A DNA stretch of 64,000 bases from a virus (lineage: Duplodnaviria; Caudoviricetes), in IMG/VR virus record IMGVR_UViG_3300021400_003144. The stretch is one strand, 5' to 3'. Below are positions 50,001-58,135 of this stretch, piece by piece. Below the pieces are notes generated by a model. The model made no database searches. It saw nothing but the letters and a program-made list of their open reading frames with translations, and was not told the DNA's origin. The first letter of the stretch is position 1; each line of letters starts with the position of its first letter. The translations under genes were made by a program, and so were the position numbers.

Positions 50001-50749
50001 CTAAGACTCAGCAAGAGGTACTTGATTACTTCAACAAAAGAGTTTATGAGTTCCGTAGAGATAAGATAATTGAGTACGTTAAGGATGAAAAGAATTATCA
50101 TCAGACATTACATCCTGTCATTGGTAATTTGTTATCATTGCAGTTTGATTATGGTGTGAACGCTGAGTTTGATGCTAAGTACACTGAGGATAATGGATAT
50201 ACTAAAGACGAGATAGCTAATGCAAAGAAGTTAATACCTATTGAGCAGTTAAAGAGATTTTTAGCAGATATGGGTATAACTGATATAGATGCAGAGTTGT
50301 TTATGTCTGAGGATGATTTAAAGAATGAGCAGTCAGTATATGAAGATGATTCTGATGAAGATGAAGAGTATACTGATGGTGATGATGAAGATGCAACTGA
50401 TGAAGATATGGAAAACATTGGTGGAGAAAGGTTTGAATACTTTGATGAAAAGGCTTCACTATACGGTATTGATTTAAATGATATAATCAGTGAGTTCGGA
50501 GTTGTAGTTTCTAAGGAACTTAAAGTGTGCGGTATTGATGCTACTAAGGTTAGAGTAGTAAACAGAGAAAAGATGGCATCATATTTGAATGACCATATAT
50601 CTAATGACCCAGATGCTGATAAGAATCCTAACTGTTATGAATTGGTATTTTTGATGAACAATAATATTCTTAAAAGAACAGGTGGATATTTACAAGATGT
50701 AAATGTAAAAGAATTGTCAAAAGCATGTGGCATAGCTAGTATATATTGA
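47084..50749 (+). CDS. polA: family A DNA polymerase with 3'-5' exonuclease
   Basis: FDTETTG, AHNGTFE, YAPAD; TATGRMS; DADFSQIEYR; KSFNFGIPYG; IQGTAADIFK; MVHDE; no 5'-3' exonuclease domain. Confidence 0.96.
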   Translation: MITSGVYKLSDGTEYGAVVDFTKTSTDVILFQNNQVVSAYKKNPDFEGAFNNKLGENVAKIIKIGISGCNSKNGIPAPFILGACSKHTFKKSNINFEISRFNDGICGAFITSDMYMIDLQFCDQNWKAPEINYVEYTKKESDIKVSDSTEEDIPVRSLEEIALTKDITWLKNKNYYIVNDEATAEKLFQFLENYNDIISFDTETTGLRINMFCQIGSDKKKELDELNSKAKSKDDIIRTDKLVGFIYSVQENVGYYFPVGNRKFKNLYTDVNEPITRKTINNILASYTIGEYRDRHDCMAEFIRNTSPEQWGPDVILMERNRKILETKYLLAHNGTFEWKVCWCYNIDFNLKEDTMIMHQLMYKFRSTTRNSGEPSNLKYLSKTELGVDQLELSDFFSGFSEDDSGKTKQSSKSKKNLRIDFSYMDYDGSRAYAPADGDLTLCLCHKYKKDMLANHKELEYLYHVEILVSCAIAYMEFYGHRIDPEKIDNIRKDYISDKIETEHAFRVSINYNTPDEDVVFEEINKIKADIADLTSHIDELKKTNLDEDKELLEQLKEARRAQYKNKEELQVKASAIMENSANSINLGSPSQLAELFYGTLQIPCPSDKWTISKKIIGQVAKMKNTDGTLKYPCVAIYQKWKNLDTYLTKFFDNLPDFMYPGGFIFSHFGQISTATGRMSCNKPNAQQYPKAVTAIVKPRPGFVMVDADFSQIEYRTLVALAGEEALKKKFEDPDMDYHTTMASLMYGVPYASVTAKQRGDAKSFNFGIPYGMGFGSLAILLTGVNTEATRAEAMEKYELYFKDQPHVRQYFRDVKESASIKGYTETHWGRRRYYSFVDKDGNYSNAKKAQALRQAGNAIIQGTAADIFKIAVARNFAFIRANKLFGKMLIVNMVHDEQLLEVDATKLNVQSIVSALVQNMELKIDGFPPLYVGAGVGLSWKDAKGKMNEINPKLAHQLVAESEGKPIFVDKPKTQQEVLDYFNKRVYEFRRDKIIEYVKDEKNYHQTLHPVIGNLLSLQFDYGVNAEFDAKYTEDNGYTKDEIANAKKLIPIEQLKRFLADMGITDIDAELFMSEDDLKNEQSVYEDDSDEDEEYTDGDDEDATDEDMENIGGERFEYFDEKASLYGIDLNDIISEFGVVVSKELKVCGIDATKVRVVNREKMASYLNDHISNDPDADKNPNCYELVFLMNNNILKRTGGYLQDVNVKELSKACGIASIY

Positions 50750-50755
50750 TTAAAC

Positions 50756-50793
50756 ATATGAGATACATAAGATAATAATTATGTATCTCATAT
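50756..50793 (+). terminator. hairpin/terminator
   Basis: atatgagatacataa / ttatgtatctcatat perfect 15-bp inverted repeat. Confidence 0.7.
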
Positions 50794-50818
50794 ACTAAAT
50801 TTAAGGAGATTAGAGTTT

Positions 50819-51325
50819 ATGGCTAATTCAGATGAATATTTTAAGTCAAGTCAAGATACAGTAATAATTCCTAATAGTGAGTTTGCTGAAGATAATAAGA
50901 TTCAATATGGTGACCTAGTATCTGATGTAGATATTGAACATGAAGTTCATAAAGAAACAGTAACCAATGTTATTATAAAAGAGACAGATAGTATAACATA
51001 TCCGATGGTTTGTATAAGAGCAGACAAGGTTGGTACAATACAGCCATTTGCATTAGATGGACTTAGAGCTTTGATTAAGAGTTGCTATTATACTATTGAG
51101 GATAAGGAAAATGGTATAGAGGATGATAGTATAAATATATACATCTATACAAAAACTAAGATTCTTCAGTGTGGTAAAGCATCATATAATAAAATTTATA
51201 AGTATCTTGATAATTATATTAAAGATGCAATGAGTGAAAAGATGAAAGTTTATAGATTTGAGTCTGAAACTGAGAAGCAGAGAATAGATAAAATGGATGC
51301 AGCAAGGATTAAATTAGACATATAA
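50819..51325 (+). CDS. hypothetical protein
   Basis: AAGGAG RBS, 168 aa. Confidence 0.75.
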   Translation: MANSDEYFKSSQDTVIIPNSEFAEDNKIQYGDLVSDVDIEHEVHKETVTNVIIKETDSITYPMVCIRADKVGTIQPFALDGLRALIKSCYYTIEDKENGIEDDSINIYIYTKTKILQCGKASYNKIYKYLDNYIKDAMSEKMKVYRFESETEKQRIDKMDAARIKLDI

Positions 51326-51346
51326 GCTGAAGGAGTGGATAGTTAA

Positions 51347-52402
51347 ATGAAGTTTGATATGATTGTAACAAATCCTCCATACAATAGTGATTTATATGTA
51401 GACATCCTAAATAAAATATACAAGACATTCAGATATAACATGATTGCTATAATACCTGCTAAGTGGACAGATAGAAATGGTATGAAAGGTAGTAATAACT
51501 ATGAATACTTTAGGGAGTATATAGTACCTCATGTTGATAAGGTTATAAAATATAGAGATGCTTGGGATGTATTTGAGATAGGATGTCCAGATGGGATAAG
51601 TATTTTAAAGATAGACTCTGCAAATACAGAGAAACATAATACAAAATTAGTAAAGTTTAAGTGTAAGCTAAATAAGAACTTTGAACAAGACTGGGAAGAG
51701 CATAGTGAAGATAAACTTGAGCTTATTCCTAACAGAATAAGACAGATATTAAATAAAGTAAAATCTTTAGCTAAGAATCCTGAGTTGACAATGGCTGATG
51801 CAATAGGATTTAAGAGAGCTATATACATAGATGATTATTTTAAACCTTATAAGACTAGAAAGAGTGCTGATGATGTTGAAATTCATAGCATAACAGCTTT
51901 TGAGGGATATGCATCAAAGTATGACTTGAAAACTATAAGAGATATAGAAATGTTTAAGTGTATTCAGACATGCATGCCAGTGTCTGGTGCAGGAAGAACA
52001 TTTAGTGAGGTCAGTGGTGATACACTTGGTGGAAATATGGTTGGAATATTAAAGCCATATCAAATACCTAAAGCTGGATATAAAGAGATTGCTAATTTTG
52101 ATAATATAGATGAGTGTATATCTTTAAAGAGCTATATGGAGAGTGAATTAGTAAGATTTTTATACTTTTGTGGTGTATGTGGTGTTCAGATAAGCGGATT
52201 GTTTTATAAATATGTTCCATTTGAAGATGACTGGGGTATCATATATGAAGATAGAGCACCTATTGGAGTAGAGACAGATGCAGATGGCAAATATGTTGGA
52301 ACAGATGGAAAAACACATATGAGTTTGTATAATAGATATAAGCTTAGTGAGGATGATATAAAAATCATTGAGAGTATAATAAGACCACGTAAAACTAAAT
52401 AA
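51347..52402 (+). CDS. Eco57I-like adenine methyltransferase fragment (motif IV plus TRD)
   Basis: starts at MKFDMIVTNPPY; IIPAKW; terminal LYNRYKLSEDDIKIIES; no FxGxG motif I. Confidence 0.8.
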   Translation: MKFDMIVTNPPYNSDLYVDILNKIYKTFRYNMIAIIPAKWTDRNGMKGSNNYEYFREYIVPHVDKVIKYRDAWDVFEIGCPDGISILKIDSANTEKHNTKLVKFKCKLNKNFEQDWEEHSEDKLELIPNRIRQILNKVKSLAKNPELTMADAIGFKRAIYIDDYFKPYKTRKSADDVEIHSITAFEGYASKYDLKTIRDIEMFKCIQTCMPVSGAGRTFSEVSGDTLGGNMVGILKPYQIPKAGYKEIANFDNIDECISLKSYMESELVRFLYFCGVCGVQISGLFYKYVPFEDDWGIIYEDRAPIGVETDADGKYVGTDGKTHMSLYNRYKLSEDDIKIIESIIRPRKTK

Positions 52403-52426
52403 AGAAAGCAGAGAGGAAAAAGTTCA

Positions 52427-53050
52427 ATGACATATAGAGATTTTCTTTTACTTACAAATGGTAAAAGGTACAAGGTACTTGATACAGAGACCACTGGATT
52501 TAACTTTTATGGCAATAAAGGTTTAAATGGAGACAGAATTACAGATATCTGTATCTATACAGTAGAAGATGGTAAGATATTAGATAAGTATAGTACATTA
52601 ATAAATCCTGAGAGAGATATTCCAGAGAATATAGTTAAGCTTACAGGAATTGAGAACTCAATGGTTAAATGGGCAAAACCTTTTAATGATGTTGCAGCAG
52701 ACATATATAATTATTTAAGTGATGGTATAGTTGTTGGTCATAACGTAAGTTTTGACTGGGATAAGTTTATTGTACCATCTTTTAAGCATTATGTAGGATA
52801 CTATCCTACAAATGAGACAATAGATACTTTAGACTTCGCAAGAACATTTATGACAAATGCTAAGAATCATAAGTTAGGAACTGTATATACAGAGTTAACT
52901 GGAAAGAAGCCTAAGGGAGCACATAGAGCTGAAGCTGATGTGGTAATGACAGTTGAAGTATTTCTTAAGTTTAAGGAATTTGCAATAGCAAATAGAGAAT
53001 CAATTGAAAAATGTTTTTTGGCAGCAAATACTGAAGAAGTTTCTGCATAA
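52427..53050 (+). CDS. dnaQ: DEDDh 3'-5' exonuclease (DNA Pol III epsilon-like)
   Basis: LDTETTG, LTGI, VGHNVSFD, IDTL, HRAEAD. Confidence 0.92.
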   Translation: MTYRDFLLLTNGKRYKVLDTETTGFNFYGNKGLNGDRITDICIYTVEDGKILDKYSTLINPERDIPENIVKLTGIENSMVKWAKPFNDVAADIYNYLSDGIVVGHNVSFDWDKFIVPSFKHYVGYYPTNETIDTLDFARTFMTNAKNHKLGTVYTELTGKKPKGAHRAEADVVMTVEVFLKFKEFAIANRESIEKCFLAANTEEVSA

Positions 53051-53052
53051 TT

Positions 53053-53085
53053 AAAGGGGAGTCTATTTATTATAGACTCTCTTTT
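53053..53085 (+). terminator. intrinsic terminator
   Basis: aaaggggagtctat / atagactctctttt. Confidence 0.8.
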
Positions 53086-53126
53086 ATATTAGTTATTAAT
53101 AAATTTATTAAATATGTGGGTGATTT

Positions 53127-54119
53127 ATGCTTAAGATTGATGATTTAGATATAATTTATAATATGACAATGGCTTTTGAGCATACTAACTCTTTTGTAAA
53201 TGTACTGTATTCTAAAGGTGTTAAGAATGTTAAAGAGTTTTATGAATCTTATATAATACATGTAGATGACAATGAAACATGGATTTATATACCAGATGGG
53301 GTATTCCATCTATACAATATATGTGATGGGTGTGACTATAGGAATTTAAGATTTGTAGGTGGTGCTGATTTAGCAGAGATGAACTATTTGTTTAAGAATG
53401 TTGCAGTTACAGGTGAGCTTGATTTAACAAGACTTAAATCTGGTAATGTAAAATCAATACATTCAATGTTTTTAGGTGCTAATATAAAGAAGATTAAGTT
53501 TGGTAAAGATTGGCATAGCTTAGATCGTACATCTGATGCATTTTGTAGATGCACAATACATGGAGAACTTGACATTAGTGATATTGTATTTGATAACTTG
53601 ACTATGGCAGCTGGTATGTTTATGTATGCTGATATATCTAGTATTAATATGAACAATCTGAAGTTACCTAGTCTAACACGTGCAGATGGGATGTTCTCTA
53701 ATGCTAAAATAGGTAGTCTTAGAATTAATAATGTGGGTATTCCTAAAGTAGACAGCTTAAATAGTGCATTCAGTTGGGCTGAGATAGATAAGCTGAGTAT
53801 AAGTGGAATAGATGCATCAAAGATAAAGAATTTTACATATATGTTTTTGGGTGCTACTATAAAGTCTAAGTTAGACTTGTCTGGTTTAAATGTTATAATT
53901 AAAGATGATAGGGATAGCATTGAAAGCATGTTCAATGGCTGTAGTATACCAGAATTGGACATTAGAAATTTTAAGGTAGATAAGGATTATAGGATGGATA
54001 ATATATTTATTGAGAGTGATATTGGTGTCTTATATGCAGGTAATGACAAGATATTGCATAGGGCAATGATAGAAAGAAGCTATATAAATAAGGTTATAGA
54101 CATAAGAAAGAATAGGTAG
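53127..54119 (+). CDS. DUF285/BspA-like leucine-rich repeat protein
   Basis: about 25-aa repeats LDLTRLKSGNVKSIHSMF, IDASKIKNFTYMF, SMFNGC. Confidence 0.75.
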   Translation: MLKIDDLDIIYNMTMAFEHTNSFVNVLYSKGVKNVKEFYESYIIHVDDNETWIYIPDGVFHLYNICDGCDYRNLRFVGGADLAEMNYLFKNVAVTGELDLTRLKSGNVKSIHSMFLGANIKKIKFGKDWHSLDRTSDAFCRCTIHGELDISDIVFDNLTMAAGMFMYADISSINMNNLKLPSLTRADGMFSNAKIGSLRINNVGIPKVDSLNSAFSWAEIDKLSISGIDASKIKNFTYMFLGATIKSKLDLSGLNVIIKDDRDSIESMFNGCSIPELDIRNFKVDKDYRMDNIFIESDIGVLYAGNDKILHRAMIERSYINKVIDIRKNR

Positions 54120-54121
54120 AT

Positions 54122-54880
54122 ATGAATGTGTTAGATGATATAAACATTGTGTACTCCATAGTTGTAGCAGCTTGTGGAGCAGGAGCTATAGGATTAGTTG
54201 GAGTAGTATTTGAGAAAGCAAATAGTATAACATTTAAATTTATATGCGGATTACTTAGAGCTATTATAGTAGCACTAACAATATATTTAGAGGCAGCTCA
54301 GTTTGATATAAGTAGAGAGATAGGTTCTAAGTTATTAAGTAATGGTACTTTAATAATTGCAATAATATCATTTGTATCACAGAAGGCTCTTAGTAATGTA
54401 ATAGGAGGCATCTCTATTTCTTTATCAAAACCTTTAGAGATTGGACAGAAAGTGAGTATATATAATAATAGTGCTTTACTAGCTGAGGGTATAGTCACTG
54501 AAATGTGTGCTAGACACATTGTTATAAGAAAATATGACGGTAAGAGTTGTATAATACCTAATAGTATAGTTGATAGTGCTGTTATAATTAATGATAATTA
54601 TGAAGATGGTTGTGGAAAGTACTTTGAAGTTTCTATAGATAGACTTGCAGATACAGATAAAGCAATAGGTATTATTAAGAGTATACTTAGAATATGTAAT
54701 GATGTGCTTGATAGAAATCCAGAGATACTTGTAAGTAAAGTAGATGAAAATACAAAAACATTGAAGTTTACACTATGGACAAAAGATTTAGACAGTAGTT
54801 ATGTAACAAGTAGTATACTAAGAGATAAAATAAGCTATGCTTTTAATATAGAGGGTATAAAGGTTTATAAAATTTCTTAA
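54122..54880 (+). CDS. mscS: small-conductance mechanosensitive channel family protein
   Basis: three TM segments, SQKALSNVIGG...KPLEIGQKV, EGIV, IIPNS. Confidence 0.88.
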   Translation: MNVLDDINIVYSIVVAACGAGAIGLVGVVFEKANSITFKFICGLLRAIIVALTIYLEAAQFDISREIGSKLLSNGTLIIAIISFVSQKALSNVIGGISISLSKPLEIGQKVSIYNNSALLAEGIVTEMCARHIVIRKYDGKSCIIPNSIVDSAVIINDNYEDGCGKYFEVSIDRLADTDKAIGIIKSILRICNDVLDRNPEILVSKVDENTKTLKFTLWTKDLDSSYVTSSILRDKISYAFNIEGIKVYKIS

Positions 54881-54897
54881 AATAAGTAAATTAAGTA

Positions 54898-54926
54898 TTG
54901 ACAAAATGAGAAAAAAGTATTATTAT
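54898..54926 (+). promoter_or_regulatory. sigma-A type promoter
   Basis: AAGTA-TTGACA-17-TATTAT. Confidence 0.75.
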
Positions 54927-54969
54927 ATATAAGTAAGTTAAGTATAAGTGACTAAAAAGGAGTTGGCTT

Positions 54970-55401
54970 ATGACAAGAGAAGATTTAATAAAAGTTAGAG
55001 ATAAAATTGCTAGTAAGCTTGATGAAGAGAGCAGAGCAGAGCTTATTTGTCTGTATGATATAGTAGCTTCACCTGATTGCGGTGGTATGACAAATGATGA
55101 AATGAAGAGACTTCTTAACAATAAGACTCTTGATGAAATCAGTTGGAGTGAGTATTTATATATTAGAAAGCAGGCTAAGAGTCCTAAGAATGTAGTTATT
55201 GCTGATAAGAGTGGTGCATACTATGTAGTACTTGATTGTAAGCTAGATGGTGCTGTAAAGGCTATTTACGAGACTGGTGAGATGTGTTGGCTTAAAGAAT
55301 ATAGGGTTGTAAGTGGTATTCAACATGAAAACTTCATGAGTGCTGTGGCTGAGATGTATAGCTATGTAGTAGATAGAAATAGACAGGCACTTAGGGATTG
55401 A
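54970..55401 (+). CDS. hypothetical protein, paralog family A
   Basis: MTREDLIKVRDKIASKLDEESR matches N-terminus of 55482. Confidence 0.8.
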   Translation: MTREDLIKVRDKIASKLDEESRAELICLYDIVASPDCGGMTNDEMKRLLNNKTLDEISWSEYLYIRKQAKSPKNVVIADKSGAYYVVLDCKLDGAVKAIYETGEMCWLKEYRVVSGIQHENFMSAVAEMYSYVVDRNRQALRD

Positions 55402-55417
55402 AAAAAATAGGGAATTG

Positions 55418-55446
55418 TTGACAAATAGAATTTTATATATTATAAT
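55418..55446 (+). promoter_or_regulatory. consensus sigma-A promoter
   Basis: TTGACA-17-TATAAT. Confidence 0.85.
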
Positions 55447-55481
55447 ATATAAGAATTAAATATTAAGGGAGGTTATCCAAC

Positions 55482-56117
55482 ATGAATAGAAAAGATTGGA
55501 TTGCTGTTAGAAACAAAATTGCAGAGAAGCTTGATGATGAGACAAGAGTAGATTTCATGGCTTACTCTTCTGTTATGCCTTATGAATTTGGTGGGGCAAG
55601 TGAAGAGTATTTGAAGGCAGTTCTTGATGGTAACAAGCTTGAGGATATCTGTTTTGACAAGTTTAAGTACCTTACTAAGAACATGAAGGACATTAAGTAT
55701 GCTGAGGATATCAAGTATGCCATTGTTGAGGTAACAGATGGTGATAAGACAAAGATTGGAGTAATTACAGAAGTCAATACTGATAATGACAGTATCACTG
55801 TAATATTTGAGGATGGCAGTGTTTCAATTCTTGGTGCTAAGTCAGTTAGAGAATCTGACATCAGAGTTGTTGGTAGAAAGAGAGAGAATCTGTTTGAGGC
55901 TATGAAGTATGCTTCAGAGTTTGCAAAGAAGCGTGACCTTAGAGCTAAGGCTGATGAAGTAAAGGCTAAGGTAAAGGCTAAGACAGAGGCTAGAGCAGAA
56001 GCTAAGGCAGAGACTAAGGCAGGTGAAAACAAGGCTGAAGCTAGTGAAGCTGATGTAACACCTAAAGAGGTTATTGACCTTGTAACAATTATGTTAAATG
56101 ACTTCTTTAACAGATAA
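55482..56117 (+). CDS. hypothetical protein, paralog family A
   Basis: MNRKDWIAVRNKIAEKLDDETR; Ala/Lys/Glu-rich linker; GGGAGG RBS. Confidence 0.8.
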   Translation: MNRKDWIAVRNKIAEKLDDETRVDFMAYSSVMPYEFGGASEEYLKAVLDGNKLEDICFDKFKYLTKNMKDIKYAEDIKYAIVEVTDGDKTKIGVITEVNTDNDSITVIFEDGSVSILGAKSVRESDIRVVGRKRENLFEAMKYASEFAKKRDLRAKADEVKAKVKAKTEARAEAKAETKAGENKAEASEADVTPKEVIDLVTIMLNDFFNR

Positions 56118-56195
56118 ATTGTTGACAAGTGATAGAAAAGGTTTTATAAAAATTGTATACAAAAACGAGGTATAAAATTACCGAGTAAAAAATAA

Positions 56196-56241
56196 GTGCT
56201 TATGGGCTGTGTCATTTAGGTGGCATTGCACATAAGCATTT
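56196..56241 (+). terminator. hairpin/terminator
   Basis: gtgcttatg...gtgtcat ttag gtggcat...cataagcat. Confidence 0.6.
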
Positions 56242-56489
56242 AATTTAAAATTAAGAAACAGTGAGCTAAAATTTGGTGAGCTGTAGATAGATTTTATCTT
56301 TATTTTAAATTAAATGTGTTGATGATTAATTTTAGATAGAAAAAATTATTTATGATAGCTTGTTGAAAAATTACAAGCTGTAGGATTAAAATTTGATGTG
56401 CATAAAGAAATAATTTATGTTATACATTTGAGTATCAGTTAGAATTTGAGAATAGTCTGTATATTGTAAATTTATGGAGGAAATAAGAT

Positions 56490-57110
56490 ATGCAGTTGAA
56501 TATAGATGATTTGGACATGATAAAGAATAATCTAGCTCATAAGATTAGAGGGCATCATAATCAGATGGAGTTTAATGCTTTGTTTGATGTGTTAAAAGCA
56601 CAATCTGGCGATGATGTAGCACTAAAGGCTAGAGTAAAGACAATCTTGGATAGAGCAAATAGCTGGGAAGATGTTGTTAATAGCTATGCATATAAAGATG
56701 TAGAAGTATATGATGTCATAGAGATAAATAATGTTCTAGTGTTTGTGCTTGGAGTAGAAAATAAGAGCACTGATAACAAAGATGGTTCTGAAGATGGTAG
56801 TCATTCATACATGATTGATATTAGAGGTATCAATGAGAATGGAGAAGTATTCATTGCAGAGTTTAAGGATGGTTCTCAGGTATTTGATGATGATAAAATG
56901 GATGCAATAAATGAGCAGGTGATTAATTTTATTAACTCAGAGCCTAACACATTTATTGAAGGTATGGAGTTATTTATAAGGAGTGTGAAAAATAAGATTG
57001 ATGCAGGTGCAGATATTACAAGTGAGGACTCTGAGTCATATGAGAAATATCTTGAGAAAATGGCTACTGAGTATGAGAATGAGCATGAGTATTATGATAA
57101 AATATCATAA
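56490..57110 (+). CDS. acidic hypothetical protein, possible distant family A member
   Basis: GGAGG RBS; DDLDMIKNNLAHKI N-terminus; C-terminal YEKYLEKMATEYENE. Confidence 0.75.
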   Translation: MQLNIDDLDMIKNNLAHKIRGHHNQMEFNALFDVLKAQSGDDVALKARVKTILDRANSWEDVVNSYAYKDVEVYDVIEINNVLVFVLGVENKSTDNKDGSEDGSHSYMIDIRGINENGEVFIAEFKDGSQVFDDDKMDAINEQVINFINSEPNTFIEGMELFIRSVKNKIDAGADITSEDSESYEKYLEKMATEYENEHEYYDKIS

Positions 57111-57129
57111 TAAAATAAAGGACTAACTT

Positions 57130-57158
57130 TAAGAAGGTTAAATAACCTTCTTATTTTT
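57130..57158 (+). terminator. intrinsic terminator
   Basis: taagaaggtt-aaat-aaccttctta plus T run. Confidence 0.8.
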
Positions 57159-57248
57159 ATGGTTGGGGTTAGTTATAATTTTATATAGGCTGTTTTATAT
57201 TATTAGATATATTATAAAACTTATATTTTTTGGAGGGTTTATGCTCAT

Positions 57249-57509
57249 ATGAGAGATTATGTTGTCGGAAATTCAAGTAAGATTTGTCCTTGTAAAAATT
57301 GTACAGACAGAGGTCTTGTTAATGGAAAGCCTTGTCATTCTAGCTGTAACAGTTATAAAGAGTATAAGGCTACTGTGGATGCAGAAAGTGCTAAAATAAG
57401 AAAAGCTAAGGCAGAGATATATTCAATTCCTTTTCACAAGGCTGGCATGCCAGGGTATAGAAATAAGAGTACAGGTGGATTGAATCTTACATACAAGAAT
57501 AGTGTATAA
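57249..57509 (+). CDS. small Cys/His metal-binding phage-type protein
   Basis: CPCKNCTDR...CHSSCNSYKEY. Confidence 0.75.
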   Translation: MRDYVVGNSSKICPCKNCTDRGLVNGKPCHSSCNSYKEYKATVDAESAKIRKAKAEIYSIPFHKAGMPGYRNKSTGGLNLTYKNSV

Positions 57510-57517
57510 GGGAATAT

Positions 57518-58129
57518 ATGGAAAAGTTAAGGGCTTTTAGAGTTAGAAGAGATAATATAGCTAAGTACGCTATGGGCATACTTACATTTTTAAAAGACAA
57601 TAGAAGTTGGATAAACGAAGATTGGCATGAAAGAGGATATAGAATTGTAAATAAGGATAATACACTCTGGTTCGATGCTAGAGACTTATATAATAAATAC
57701 AGCAGATATAATGATTTAAGTATATTCAATGATAAAGAAGTTGTTAATATAAAGACATTACCTTATTTGCAGATTAGGTTTAGTAAGTTCAGTGTAAGAC
57801 TTGATGTTGACATCTTATCTCATGCAAATAGCTGGGTAACCGATATGAGGTTACATGAGCTTATGAGCAGTATAAAGATTGTGGAGTCACTTTATAATAA
57901 ATCTGCTGAACCATATGTAAAATCATGCAGGCAAGGTGATTTTATAGTAGGAATGTGGGAAAATTATGGTAGTGAAGATAAGAATTTATCAGTACTAAGA
58001 AAGAACATAAAGAGTGCTGAACTTAATAACATTACTGATGATGAATTAAGCAATTTATATTATGCAGTTAAGCATGCAGATGGAAGTTACACTCTATTTT
58101 TAAAGGATAGAATACTAGATTTAAAGTAA
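57518..58129 (+). CDS. hypothetical protein
   Basis: 203 aa in operon. Confidence 0.7.
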   Translation: MEKLRAFRVRRDNIAKYAMGILTFLKDNRSWINEDWHERGYRIVNKDNTLWFDARDLYNKYSRYNDLSIFNDKEVVNIKTLPYLQIRFSKFSVRLDVDILSHANSWVTDMRLHELMSSIKIVESLYNKSAEPYVKSCRQGDFIVGMWENYGSEDKNLSVLRKNIKSAELNNITDDELSNLYYAVKHADGSYTLFLKDRILDLK

Positions 58130-58135
58130 GATAAT

